A stretch of DNA of 64,000 nucleotides from Nannocystis bainbridge (GTDB lineage Bacteria > Myxococcota_A > Polyangia > Nannocystales > Nannocystaceae), in NCBI RefSeq assembly GCF_028368995.1, contig NZ_JAQNDL010000002.1, positions 1,600,001-1,664,000 of the forward strand. The letters run 5' to 3'. Shown here one piece after another: positions 30,533-43,472 of this stretch. Within the stretch, counting starts at the first letter, position 1. Every line of letters begins with the position of its first letter. Under the pieces are notes generated by a model. That model saw only the letters and a program-made list of their open reading frames with translations, made no database searches and was not told the origin of the DNA. The position numbers and the translations under genes are program-made.

Positions 30533-33500
30533 GTGGCAGGCGCAAAGTCCACGGTCCGCACGGGCCGGCAGTTCTCGAGCCTCGAGCAGGCCGACACGGC
30601 CACGCCGCCCGCCTCGTCGGTGTCCGCGCCGGACGACGCGCGTCACCTCAGCCGGCTGGCCAGCGAGGCCCGGCGCGGCGACGCGCTCGCCCCCGAGCGG
30701 CTGGCGATGGAGGCGATCAAGGCCCGCCTGTTCCCCGGCGAGGTCGCGCCCGCCAAGATCGGCCGCTTTACCGTCCTGCGGCAGATCGGCGCCGGCGGCA
30801 TGAGCGTCGTCTACGCCGCCTACGACGAGCGCCTCGATCGCAGGATCGCCGTCAAGCTGCTGCGCTCCGGCGAGGCGGCCGACAACCAGGCGCGGCTGCT
30901 GCGCGAGGCGCAGGCGATGGCCCGCCTGGCCCACCCCAACGTCGTCGCCGTGCACGAGGTCGGCGCCTGGGAGAACCAGGTCTACGTCGCCATGGAGTTC
31001 GTGCGCGGGCCCAACCTGCGCGACTGGTTGCAAGCTGTCCCGCGGGACATCCGCGAGATCCGCGAGGTGTTCGTGGCCGCCGGCCGGGGCCTCGCCGCCG
31101 CCCACCACGCCGGCCTGGTCCACCGCGACTTCAAGCCGGCCAACGTGCTCGTCGGCGACGACGGCCGCGTGCGCGTCGGCGACTTCGGCCTCGTGCGTCA
31201 CGCCGGCGACGAGCCGCTCGAGCCGCCCGCGCCCGCACCTGTCCCTTCGACCAGCATCCTCAGCGCCGGCGCGCGGGTCGAGCTCTCGACCACCCTCACC
31301 CAGACCGGCGCGATCCTCGGCACGCCGGCGTACATGTCCCCCGAGCAGCACCTGGGCCGGCCCGTCGACGCCCGCAGCGACCAGTTCTCGTTCTGCGTCG
31401 CCCTCTACGAGGCCCTCTACGGCGCCCCGCCGTTCGCCGGCCGCGACCTGTTCGAGCTGGCCCGCCGCGTGCTCGCCGGCGCGGTCTCACCTGTCCCCGA
31501 GGACAGCAAGGTCCCCGCCTGGCTGCGGCGCGCGCTCGTCCGCGGCCTCGCCGTCGATCCCGCCGCGCGCTGGCCCAGCATCGACGACCTGCTCGACGAG
31601 CTCGAGCGCGATCCGGAGCGGGCCTGGCGGACCCGCCGCAGCGCCGCGCTGGTCGGCCTCGCGGTGGTCGTCGTGGTCGTCGGCCTGCTCGTCGTCGCGC
31701 GCGAGCGGGCCGACGCGGCCACGCAGGCCCAGCGGGCCGAGGCCGCCGCCGATCGCCAGCGGCGGACCGCCGAGGACGAGCGGGCCGCCGCCGAGCAGGA
31801 GCGCGACCGGGCCTTCGTCGACGCCAAGGCCCAGCTCGCCGAGGCCCAGCGGGCCCAGGCCGCCCTCAAGGACGCGCTCGCGGCCGCCGAGGCCCAGCGC
31901 CTCAACGCCGAGGCCCACGCCGCCCTGGCCGAGCACGCGCTGGGCGAGGCCGAACGGCGCCGGCGCGAGGCCGAGGGCCAGCGCAAGGAGGCCGAGCGCC
32001 AGACTGGCCGCGCCGTCCACGAGGCCGCGCGGGCCCGCGACGCCAACCGCCTGGCCCAGGCCCTCGCCGGCGCGCGCGGCGATCCGACCACCGTGCTGGC
32101 CCTGCTGCGCGAAGTCGAAGATCCGGCCGCCGCGTCCGGGTGGGTGCCCGCGGCCGTGTCGGCGCTGCTGCACCCGGTCAGCGTCGCCGTCCTGCGCGGC
32201 CGCGGGGCCGCCCTGCAGGTCGCCGCGTTCAGCCCCGACGGCGCCCGGATCGCCGCCGCCGGCGAGGATCGGCGCGTGACCCTTTGGTCATGGCCCGAAG
32301 ACCATGTCCTGAAGATCCACGAGCACCAGGGCCCCGTGCGCGCCGTCGCCTTCGCCCCCGGCGGCGCGCTCGTCAGCGGCGCCGAGGACGGCGCGGCCGT
32401 GTGGCAGGATCCGCCGCTGCGCCTGCCCGCGTCGGCCGGCGCCGACCTGCGGGCCTTCGCCCTCGCGCCCGACGGCCGCACCCTCGTCACCGGCGGCGGC
32501 GACGGCCGCGTGCGCGCTTGGGACCTGGGGGCCGCGCCGCCGCGCCCGCGCGAGCTGGCCCGCCACGAGGGACCTGTCCATGCGGTCCTGTTCGACAGGA
32601 CAGGTCACCTCGTCGCATCCGCCGGCGCCGACGGGGCCGCGCGCATCGTCGACCTGCGCGCCGGTCCTCCGCGCTCCCTGGCCCACCCGAGCGGCGCCGT
32701 GCGCAGCGCTGCGTTCAGCCCCGACGGCCGCAAGCTCGCCACCGGGGCCCAGGACGGGCTCGTGCGGGTGTGGGACACCCAGGGCTCGGGCGCGCCGGCG
32801 CTGCTGCGCGGACACGCCGACGAGGTCGTCGCCCTGGCCTGGAGCCCCGACGGCGAGCACCTCGCGTCCGCCTCGCTCGACCGCAGCGCCCGCCTGTGGA
32901 CCGCCGCGGGCGCCCTCCAGCGGACCCTGCGCGGCCACGACGGCCGCGTCTACGCCGTCGCCTGGAGCCCCGCCGGCGAGCGCCTCGTCACCGCCTCGCA
33001 GGACGGCACCGCCCGCGTCTGGCCGGTCGCCGGCGCACCTGTCCCCGGGGACATGCCGCTGGTCCTGCGCGGCCACGGCGAGGCGGTGGTCGCCGCCGGC
33101 TTCAGCCCCGCCGGCGACCACGTCGTCACCGCCTCGCGCGACGGCACCGCCCGCGTCTGGCGGGTCCGCGGCGGCGATCCGCTGGTCCGCGCCGTCGCGC
33201 TCGGCGGCCCCGTCGATCACCTGGTCTGGACCGCCGCCGGCCTGCACGCCGTCCGCACCGACGGCCGCGGCTTTCACCTCGCGTCGCGGGACATGCCCGA
33301 TAGGTCAGGCCCCAAAGGACATGTCGAAAAGGACATGTCATCCTCGCCAGACGAGTCCCGCGCGCGCCCCAGCCCGCTCGCCGGCGGCCCCGCCCCTTCC
33401 ATGTTCCTCGGGCCAGGTACGAACGGACATGTCCTCACCATCACCCGCGCCGGGGCCCTGCAGGGCTGGGACGACGCCCGCCGGCCGCTGCGGCCGCGCC

Positions 33501-34243
33501 CGCTCGACCCCGCGGCCGCGGCCGCGGCCGTCACCGCCGACCTCACCCTCGCCGCCCTCGCCGTGCCCGACGGCGCCCGTCTTTTCGACCTGTCCGATGG
33601 GACATCTCGCGCCCTGACCGGCCACCGCGGCAGCGTCACCGCCCTGGCCTTCTCGCCCGACGGCAGCAGGCTCGCCACCGGCGCCGCCGACCGCACGGCC
33701 CGGCTCTACGACGTGCGCGACCTCGCCGCCCCGCGCGAGCTCGGGCCGCACTCGGGCAGCGTCACGGTCCTCGCCTTCTCACCCGACGGCCAGCGGCTGG
33801 CCACGGGCTCGTGGGACCGCCGGGTCCGGATCTGGCCGCTCGACGGGTCCGCGCCGACGATCCTCGAGGAGCACAGCGGCCCGGTGCGCGCGCTCGCCTG
33901 GCGTCCCGACGGCGCCGCCCTCGCTACCGCCAGCGACGACGCGACGGTGCGGGTCTGGCCGCTCGACGGCCGCGACGAGCCGGTGGTCCTGACCGGCCAC
34001 CAGGGCCCCGTGCGCGCCCTCGCGTGGTCACCCGCCGGCCCGCACCTCGCCTCGGCCGGCGACGACGGCCAGCTCCGCCTGTGGTCGGCCGACTTCGCCC
34101 CCGCGACCCTGCAGGCCCGCCTGCGCGCCGCCTCGCCGGTGTGCCTGTCGGCGCGCCAGCGCGGCCAGCTGCTCGGCGAACCCCCAGCCCTCGCCGAGGC
34201 CAACGCGAGCGCGTGCCAGAGCGCGCGCGAACCGGCGCCGTGA
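30533..34243 (+). CDS. Ser/Thr protein kinase with TM helix, coiled coil and WD40 repeats
   Basis: GAGGMSVVY, IAVK, HRDFKPANV, DFG and GTPAYMSPEQ; about 12 GHxxxV..AFSPDG..DGTARVW repeats; start uncertain. Confidence 0.92.
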   Translation: MAGAKSTVRTGRQFSSLEQADTATPPASSVSAPDDARHLSRLASEARRGDALAPERLAMEAIKARLFPGEVAPAKIGRFTVLRQIGAGGMSVVYAAYDERLDRRIAVKLLRSGEAADNQARLLREAQAMARLAHPNVVAVHEVGAWENQVYVAMEFVRGPNLRDWLQAVPRDIREIREVFVAAGRGLAAAHHAGLVHRDFKPANVLVGDDGRVRVGDFGLVRHAGDEPLEPPAPAPVPSTSILSAGARVELSTTLTQTGAILGTPAYMSPEQHLGRPVDARSDQFSFCVALYEALYGAPPFAGRDLFELARRVLAGAVSPVPEDSKVPAWLRRALVRGLAVDPAARWPSIDDLLDELERDPERAWRTRRSAALVGLAVVVVVVGLLVVARERADAATQAQRAEAAADRQRRTAEDERAAAEQERDRAFVDAKAQLAEAQRAQAALKDALAAAEAQRLNAEAHAALAEHALGEAERRRREAEGQRKEAERQTGRAVHEAARARDANRLAQALAGARGDPTTVLALLREVEDPAAASGWVPAAVSALLHPVSVAVLRGRGAALQVAAFSPDGARIAAAGEDRRVTLWSWPEDHVLKIHEHQGPVRAVAFAPGGALVSGAEDGAAVWQDPPLRLPASAGADLRAFALAPDGRTLVTGGGDGRVRAWDLGAAPPRPRELARHEGPVHAVLFDRTGHLVASAGADGAARIVDLRAGPPRSLAHPSGAVRSAAFSPDGRKLATGAQDGLVRVWDTQGSGAPALLRGHADEVVALAWSPDGEHLASASLDRSARLWTAAGALQRTLRGHDGRVYAVAWSPAGERLVTASQDGTARVWPVAGAPVPGDMPLVLRGHGEAVVAAGFSPAGDHVVTASRDGTARVWRVRGGDPLVRAVALGGPVDHLVWTAAGLHAVRTDGRGFHLASRDMPDRSGPKGHVEKDMSSSPDESRARPSPLAGGPAPSMFLGPGTNGHVLTITRAGALQGWDDARRPLRPRPLDPAAAAAAVTADLTLAALAVPDGARLFDLSDGTSRALTGHRGSVTALAFSPDGSRLATGAADRTARLYDVRDLAAPRELGPHSGSVTVLAFSPDGQRLATGSWDRRVRIWPLDGSAPTILEEHSGPVRALAWRPDGAALATASDDATVRVWPLDGRDEPVVLTGHQGPVRALAWSPAGPHLASAGDDGQLRLWSADFAPATLQARLRAASPVCLSARQRGQLLGEPPALAEANASACQSAREPAP
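33289..33434. repeat. 14-bp-period arrays inside the WD40 region
   Basis: Cores at 33292, 33306, 33320, 33334 and 33400, 33414, 33428; encodes RDMPDRSGPKGHVEKDMS. Confidence 0.8.
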
Positions 34244-34553
34244 GGCGCATCCCTGACTCGCGCGCCCGCGGACGCATTCCCGGACGAGGAAGCGACGCGC
34301 GCCGTCCTTCGCAAATTCGTGCGCCTGCCGACGCAATTTCGAGACGATGGGGCGATACGCATCGCCCCTCCGCAAACTCGATCGCTCCGGCCAGCACACC
34401 CGGGCGACCTCGAGCTCGCGGGTCGTGGACTCGAGGCGACACGCTCGCGCTTTCTCGAATTCGCCTCGGCGACATCTCGGTCCTTCATGGGCATCCGCCC
34501 GCGCGAACGCGTCCAGTGAACGTCACCGCCCCGGCGTGCTAAAACCTCGCCCC

Positions 34554-35447
34554 ATGCATCGTCGCAGCGCCGCCGTCGTCACGATCGTCGCGCTCGCGCT
34601 GGCCGGCGCCCCCGCGCCTGCCCGCGCCCAGCAGCCCGCGGCCCCCGCGTACGAGCCCGCGCCGCCGCCCACGCAGGAGGTCGTTCGGATCGCCGAGTCC
34701 GCGCCGCCGCCCCTGCAGGAGCCGCCCCCGCCCGCGGCCTACGACACCGTCATCCTGCGCGACGGCAGCGTCCTGCGCGGCACCATCCTCGAGCTCCACC
34801 AGGACCGCGAGGTCATCATCCAGCTCACCGGCGGGCTGCGCACGATCGCCTGGGCGGACATCGCCTCGACCACCTTCGCCGGCGCGGCGACAGGTCCCCA
34901 GGGACAGGCTCCGCAACCTTCGGGACATGTCCCTGCGGACAGCCTCGCCGTCGCCGTCGCGCCCGAGGACGAGGTCGCGCCGGGCCCGAGCCGGCCGCGG
35001 ATCTTCATCGAGGTCACGCGCCCGGCCGACGTCCACCTGCTCGAGGGCACGCCCACGGCGAACAGCAACACGCAGATGGGCCGCGGCCCCCGCACGGTCT
35101 GTCGCGCTCCGTGCGGCAAGGTCATCGACGGCCGCGCCGGCTACCCGTTCCATTTTGGCGGCGACCGGGTCATGCCGTCGTCGACCTTCTTCCTCAAGGA
35201 TCTCGAGGGCGAGTACGTCGCCCGCGTCCAGCCCGGCCGCCGCGGTCTCCTCATCGGCGGCATGCTGCTGTCAGGCTACGGGGCCGGCGGCGCGCTGGCC
35301 GGCGGCATGCTCACCGCGCTCGGCAACGACCGCGACCGTCGCACCGTCGGCAGCGTGATCCTGGGCGTCGGCCTGGCGATGCTGATCGGCGGCATCGCCA
35401 TGGCGATCCGCGGCACGACCCGCTACAGCCTCACGCGCCGCCGCTGA
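34554..35447 (+). CDS. Hypothetical exported protein (myxobacterial type)
   Basis: Signal peptide ...APARA; DTVILRDGSVLRGTI; VCRAPC; two C-terminal hydrophobic helices. Confidence 0.75.
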   Translation: MHRRSAAVVTIVALALAGAPAPARAQQPAAPAYEPAPPPTQEVVRIAESAPPPLQEPPPPAAYDTVILRDGSVLRGTILELHQDREVIIQLTGGLRTIAWADIASTTFAGAATGPQGQAPQPSGHVPADSLAVAVAPEDEVAPGPSRPRIFIEVTRPADVHLLEGTPTANSNTQMGRGPRTVCRAPCGKVIDGRAGYPFHFGGDRVMPSSTFFLKDLEGEYVARVQPGRRGLLIGGMLLSGYGAGGALAGGMLTALGNDRDRRTVGSVILGVGLAMLIGGIAMAIRGTTRYSLTRRR

Positions 35448-35492
35448 CGCCAGCGCCTCACGTGCCTCCGCGGTGACGCGCCGCCGCTGATG

Positions 35493-35558
35493 CCAAAAGT
35501 CCGAAGGGACATGTCCGAGTAGACATGTCCCTTCGGACCTTGCGCAACGGTCATGCGG
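35493..35558. repeat. 14-bp-period palindrome array
   Basis: Cores at 35496, 35510, 35524, 35538, 35552; convergent junction. Confidence 0.8.
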
Positions 35559-35585
35559 CCGCGGCCGCGAAGCCCGGCGCGCGCG

Positions 35586-37280
35586 TCAGCCCGGCGTCAC
35601 GCCCGGCTCGGCCGCCTCGAGCGACCACTCCCACGCGTCGAGCAGCACCAGCGAGTCGAAGATGTGGCCGCCGGTGTCCCAGATCGCCAGACGAATCTCC
35701 ATGATCTCGCCCGGCTCGACGTTGCCGCGCAGCGTCAGCCAGCCGGTGCCGCCGCCGATCATCGTCTGCGCCGGCTCGCAGGTCGAGTTGTCCTTCTGGT
35801 CGAAGCCGGTGCCGATGAGCTCTGCCGTGCTCTCGCAGCCGTTGTAGTCGGAGGTCGGGACGCCCTGGGCCGCGCAGCCGACCTCGCCGCCCTGGCACTG
35901 GGTGAACAGGCCGGCGGCGACCTTGACGAGGTTGACGCCGATCGGCCACAGCGTCTTGCCGTCGTCGTAGATCGCCACGTTCTTGTCGTCCGGGTTGCCG
36001 TCGGCGTCCGAGTCGACCAGGGCGACGAAGAAGTCGTTGTACTGGCTGCACACGTACTCGGGGTACTCGGCCGAGAAGAAGTACATCTTGGTCGAGAACG
36101 ACTTGGCGTTGGTCGGGACCCGGATCCGCAGCTTGAGCATGATCGGGTCGTTGGCCGACGGCACCAGCGGCACGTTGCAGCCGGGCGGGTTGGGCAGCTT
36201 GCCGCCGATCGCCGTCCACCAGTCCTGCGGCGGCGGGCTCGAGGTGCCGAGGTTGGCGCCGCCCTCGAACTTCACGAAGTTCGGCTTGGTGTCGTTGGCG
36301 TCGGCGGCGTGGCCGCTCGACAGGATCATCAGGCGGCTGTGCTTCTGCGGCGCGATCGTGTCGCCGAAGCCGGCGCGGATCGAGCGCGACGCGGCCGCCG
36401 GCAGACCTGTCCCATCGGCCAGGCTGAACTTGCCGCCGATGACGCCCCAGGTCCGGTCCTTCGGGTCCGCCGGGTTCTCGACCGTCATCTGGCACAGGTC
36501 GAGCGCGCGGGCGTAGTCGAGGGGATCGGCCGAGTCGCTGGCGAGCGCGGCGTCGCAGCTCGGCGCCTCCTCGTCGACGGTGCCGTCGCAGTCGTCGTCG
36601 ACGGTGTTGCCGACGAACTCGTAGGCGCCCGGGTTGACCCGCTCCGGATCGGAGCACGCGCCGCTGGCGACGTCGCAGCAGTCGCCGCTGCACACGCCCC
36701 AGCCGTCCCCGTCCTCGTCGGCGTCCTCGTCGACGTCGCCGTCGCAGTCGTCGTCGATCTCGTTGCCGCAGGCCTCGGGGGCTGGCCACACCGCGCCCTC
36801 GCACGCGCCAAAGCCGAGCCCGCCGTCGAGGCAGGTCCGCACCCCGGACACGCAAGCGCCGACGTCCTGGGTGCCGTCGGGCCCGCCATAGCACGGCTCC
36901 TCCTGGCCCGGCTCGCACGGCTGGCTGCACACCCCGGCCTCGATGTCGCACTTCGGGCCGTCCGGGCTGTCTTTACATTCCTGGTCCGAAGAACATGGTG
37001 TTCCGGACATGCTCGTCGAGTCGGTGACGACGCTCTCGGTCGTCGTCGTGGTGGTCCCGGCCGTCGTCGGCTCCGGCCCCGTGGTCGGCTCGGCGGTGGT
37101 GACCTCGCCGGTGCCCGTGGTCGTCACGGGCGCCGTGGTCGCGCTGCCTGCCGACGACTCGGTCGCCGAGGCGAACCCGTTGGTGGTGGCGTCCTGACCG
37201 CCCCCGCAGGCGAGGAGCGCCCACAGCGGCAGCGTGGTGACGGCCGCAGACGGCCCGGTGATTCGTGGGTAACGAGACAT
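35586..37280 (-). CDS. Cys-rich lipoprotein with MopE-like/putative metal-binding repeats and a choice-of-anchor-L-like domain
   Basis: Lipobox LLAC, Thr-rich linker, CGNEIDDDCDGDVDE, NPGAYE, FFSAEYPEYVCSQYNDFF and AIWDTGGHIFDS. Confidence 0.78.
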   Translation of the reverse strand: MSRYPRITGPSAAVTTLPLWALLACGGGQDATTNGFASATESSAGSATTAPVTTTGTGEVTTAEPTTGPEPTTAGTTTTTTESVVTDSTSMSGTPCSSDQECKDSPDGPKCDIEAGVCSQPCEPGQEEPCYGGPDGTQDVGACVSGVRTCLDGGLGFGACEGAVWPAPEACGNEIDDDCDGDVDEDADEDGDGWGVCSGDCCDVASGACSDPERVNPGAYEFVGNTVDDDCDGTVDEEAPSCDAALASDSADPLDYARALDLCQMTVENPADPKDRTWGVIGGKFSLADGTGLPAAASRSIRAGFGDTIAPQKHSRLMILSSGHAADANDTKPNFVKFEGGANLGTSSPPPQDWWTAIGGKLPNPPGCNVPLVPSANDPIMLKLRIRVPTNAKSFSTKMYFFSAEYPEYVCSQYNDFFVALVDSDADGNPDDKNVAIYDDGKTLWPIGVNLVKVAAGLFTQCQGGEVGCAAQGVPTSDYNGCESTAELIGTGFDQKDNSTCEPAQTMIGGGTGWLTLRGNVEPGEIMEIRLAIWDTGGHIFDSLVLLDAWEWSLEAAEPGVTPG

Positions 37281-37511
37281 CGCGTGCACCTCCGGGCTCG
37301 CGGGACGCGAGCGCGCAAGCTATGCCAAAAAGCCCCTGCAGGTGCACGAGGCCCGGTCTTCCGTCAACTCACGCGTGACCCCGGCGTGACCGCTGGGCGG
37401 CGGGCCCTCGAGGGCGTGACACCTCGCTGTCACTTGCTCCTGCAACGGACACTCGTTCATGACGGCGTCGTCATTGCGCCGCGGGGAACGAACCGGTTAT
37501 CGTGGCCCCCG

Positions 37512-40220
<2,709 letters not shown>

Positions 40221-40254
40221 CGCCGCAGGTCGCGCTCGCCTAGACTCGGGCCCG

Positions 40255-42405
40255 GTGCCGCGTTCTCCGGGCCGCTCCCCCCTCGCCTCGGTCCCGTTCG
40301 GGCCGGGGCGTTTTGCGTCGCACGACGCGGGCCGCTCGCCTGGCGAACCATCGCGCGGGAGCACGGTCCGCGGCTCCACGTCGCCGCGCGCTCCGGGCAT
40401 CGCCTCGCCGTCGCGCTCGCGCACCCTGCTCGCGCTCGCCGGCCTGTGCAGCGTCCTGCTACCGGGTGACGCATCCGCCGAGCCCGCGCGGCGCTGGCCG
40501 CTGTGGCCCACCGAGGTCTCGCGGGCGGCCGAGCCGCTGATCGGCGCGCCCGAGAGCGAGCTGCGGCTCGTCCGCGACAGCCGACGCGTCGCCGCCGTCC
40601 GCGACCTCGACGGGTTCGCCACCCCGCTCGTCGCCCCGATCCTCGTCACCGCGCTCGAGGACCGCTCGAGCGCCGTCCGCCGCGAGGTCCTGCAGTCGTG
40701 CCTCGAGCGGCAGCTGCTCGCCTGCGCCCCGGCGGCGCGCAAGATCTGGCAGACCGAGCTCGATGACGCCGCGCTCCGCGTCGCCGCGCTCCGCGTCGTC
40801 GTGCTCGCCGCCGACCCCGAGCGCCTGCAGCTGTTCCTCACCGCCCTGCGCGACCCCGACCCCCTGATCCGCGCCGAGTCGATGCGCACCTTCGCGGCCG
40901 CGACCTGGCCCAAAGACCAGCTCGCGCTCGTGCGCACCAACCTGATCGCCAAGCTCGCCGATCCGACCCCGGAGGTCCGGCGGGCCGCCGCGCACGGCCT
41001 CGGCGTGCTCGGTCCCGACGACCCGCGCACCGGCCGGTCCGACGGCGCCCTGCCGCTCACCCGCTTGCTCGTCGACCCCGATCCGCAGGTCCGCCAGGAC
41101 ACCGCCGACGCGCTCGCGCGCCTGCGCGACAGCCGGGCCGCGCCGGCCCTGCTGCGCGCGCTCCAGGTCGGCGACGAGACCTACGTCGGTCGCAGCCTGC
41201 TGCACGCGTTCGCGGCCTTGCCCGGGCCTGCCGGCAAGCCCGGCGACGGACCCGACGGCCTCGACGTCGACGCCGAGCTGCTGCGCCTGCTCGACGCCCC
41301 GCCGCGCAACCTGCTGCCGCGGCACGTCGCCGAGGCCATCGCCCGCCGGCGCAGCCCTGGCGCCGCCCTGGCCGAGGGCCTGGTCGCCCGCCTCCGCGAG
41401 GACGCGCTGCGCCAGACCGAGGCGCACACACTGCGTCAGCCCGCGCTCGACGCCCTGCTCGGCCTCGGCGAGGCCGCCCGCCCGGCCCTGACCGCCGCCC
41501 TCGCCCGCGGCCTCGAGCCGCCGCTCGAGCGAGAGATCCGGCGCCTGCTCGCCGCCCTCGATCCGCCGCGCACCGCCGCCCTGTTCGCCGCCCCGTGGCC
41601 GGCCGACGCCGACCGCGAGGCCTGGCAGCGCGCCCTCGGCGAGCCCGACCCTGCCGGCCGCCTGCGGGCCGCCGCGGCTCTCGGCGCGCGCGCCCCCGAT
41701 TGGCTCGGCGGCGCCGCCGGCCACCGCCTCGAGCTGGCCGGCAGCCCGGAATTGCGGCGCCCGTGGCTGCTCGCGCTCGCCGGCGCCCCCGGCTGGACCG
41801 CCGTCGACGACGCGCTGGCGCTGCGCCTCGCCGTCTGGGCCGACGACCCGACCCTCGCCAGCGCCGATCGCTGCCTCGCCGTGGCCGCCCTCGCCCGCCT
41901 GCGCCACGGCGGCGCCACCTTCCTGCGCGCCGCCGCCCGCCAGGCCGCCGCCGCCGACCCGGGCGTGCGCGCCTGCACGGCCGCCGCGCTCGCCTGGGCC
42001 TCGCCCCGCCTCGCCGACCCGCTGCTCGCCGGTCTCCTGCGTGACGCATCGGCGCGCGTCCGCACCAGCGCCGCCCTCGCGCTCGCCTGCCGCGACCGGC
42101 CCGACCCCGGATTCGCGCCCCAGCTGGCGCTGATGGCCGCCCGCGACCCCGAGCCGGCCGTCCTGCGCGCCGTCGAACTCGCCCGCGCCCCCGAGCCCTG
42201 CGACAGCTGGGGCCTCGTGATCGCCCCGCCCGGCGAGGCCGGCCCGTGGCTGCCCCTGCGGCTGCGCGGCCACGAGCTCCAGGCTCCGGCCGAGACCGTC
42301 GGCAGCCTGCGCTTCGCCCTCGGCCCCGGCCTGGCCGCCGCGACCCTCCGTGACCTGCCCGGCCCGCCGGTCGAAGTCACGAGCCCGCGGATCGGCTTCG
42401 ACTGA
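40255..42405 (+). CDS. HEAT-repeat protein
   Basis: Repeated L.D..P.VR..AA.AL motifs; start uncertain. Confidence 0.8.
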   Translation: MPRSPGRSPLASVPFGPGRFASHDAGRSPGEPSRGSTVRGSTSPRAPGIASPSRSRTLLALAGLCSVLLPGDASAEPARRWPLWPTEVSRAAEPLIGAPESELRLVRDSRRVAAVRDLDGFATPLVAPILVTALEDRSSAVRREVLQSCLERQLLACAPAARKIWQTELDDAALRVAALRVVVLAADPERLQLFLTALRDPDPLIRAESMRTFAAATWPKDQLALVRTNLIAKLADPTPEVRRAAAHGLGVLGPDDPRTGRSDGALPLTRLLVDPDPQVRQDTADALARLRDSRAAPALLRALQVGDETYVGRSLLHAFAALPGPAGKPGDGPDGLDVDAELLRLLDAPPRNLLPRHVAEAIARRRSPGAALAEGLVARLREDALRQTEAHTLRQPALDALLGLGEAARPALTAALARGLEPPLEREIRRLLAALDPPRTAALFAAPWPADADREAWQRALGEPDPAGRLRAAAALGARAPDWLGGAAGHRLELAGSPELRRPWLLALAGAPGWTAVDDALALRLAVWADDPTLASADRCLAVAALARLRHGGATFLRAAARQAAAADPGVRACTAAALAWASPRLADPLLAGLLRDASARVRTSAALALACRDRPDPGFAPQLALMAARDPEPAVLRAVELARAPEPCDSWGLVIAPPGEAGPWLPLRLRGHELQAPAETVGSLRFALGPGLAAATLRDLPGPPVEVTSPRIGFD

Positions 42406-42908
42406 CGCGTGCCCGCTCCTCGCTCGCGCCGGCGCTGCGGACCGGCCTCGCTGCCGCTCCGCCGCAGGCGCACCTTCACAGTCGCCCGCTTCAGTCACGG
42501 CGCGTCCCGATCGCGTCGCCGCTTCGAAGGGAGCGCACCTTCACGTCACGAGGCGAGGAACCGTCTTCGCGCTCTTATCGGTCGGTCGGCGGGCTGCGTG
42601 GCCTCGTCGGCGACCACTCTCGCTGCGGGCCGCCACGCGGCACCCGCTGTCACGGCGCTCAACGTCCGTCCTCGCGCCGGCCCTGTAAAGAAGATCGGCC
42701 TCGCGCTCCCCTGCGGCCCTGCCACCCCGGCGTTGCGAATCGTGTATCGCAGCCCCCGCGGACCTCGGGCCGTCGGCTCGAAGTCATCAAAAGTTGCTTT
42801 CTCGCCAAGAAAGCAATCGTCCAAGGCTCCCCGATCCTCCCCCTTCCGGCAACCGCTGGCAATCACAACCTTTTTCGTCTGGACTCAGTCTTGCTCATTA
42901 GGTCGGGC

Positions 42909-43472
42909 ATGCGAGCCGTGACCCCTGCCGACGAGTTCCTGGCCCAGATCAACCCTCACCTGCCGCGCCTGACCAGCGTCGGCATGCGCCTCACCCGGCA
43001 GCGCAGCGAGGCCCAGGACCTGGTGCAGGAGGCCCTGACCAAGGCGTGGGCCAACTGGCACCGCTTCCGGCCCGGCGGCAGCCTCGGCGCCTGGCTGTCG
43101 CGGATCCTGGTCAACACCTTCATCTCGCGCCACCGCCACCAGCGCGTCGTCGACGTCACCGCCAGCCGCAGCGACATCGCCGAGCACATGTTCGACGCCG
43201 CCCGGATCGACGCCTGCAGCGCCCCCGAGGCCGCCTGGCACGCCGAGGGCCTGTCCGACGAAGTCGCCGCTGCGCTCGCCGCTCTGCCGCCGAACTACCG
43301 CGAGGTCGTCGAGCTCGTCGACCTGCACGGCCTCGCCTACCGCGAGGCCTCCGAGCAGCTCGGCTGTCCGCTCGGCACCGTGATGAGCCGTTTGCACCGC
43401 GCGCGCCGGCTGCTCCGCGACCAGCTCTCGGACTATGCTCAGCAGCACGGCCTCGCCGCCGCCGCCGCCTGA
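42909..43472 (+). CDS. ECF-family RNA polymerase sigma factor
   Basis: AQDLVQEAL, AWLSRILVNTF, LAYREASEQLGCPLGTVMSRLHRARRLL. Confidence 0.92.
   Translation: MRAVTPADEFLAQINPHLPRLTSVGMRLTRQRSEAQDLVQEALTKAWANWHRFRPGGSLGAWLSRILVNTFISRHRHQRVVDVTASRSDIAEHMFDAARIDACSAPEAAWHAEGLSDEVAAALAALPPNYREVVELVDLHGLAYREASEQLGCPLGTVMSRLHRARRLLRDQLSDYAQQHGLAAAAA

Noticed and set aside
35553-37511. N-terminal 650 aa of the 1555-aa ORF
   Set aside because: It is antisense to the 35586-37280 gene; a signal peptide and lipobox appear only from ATG 37512.
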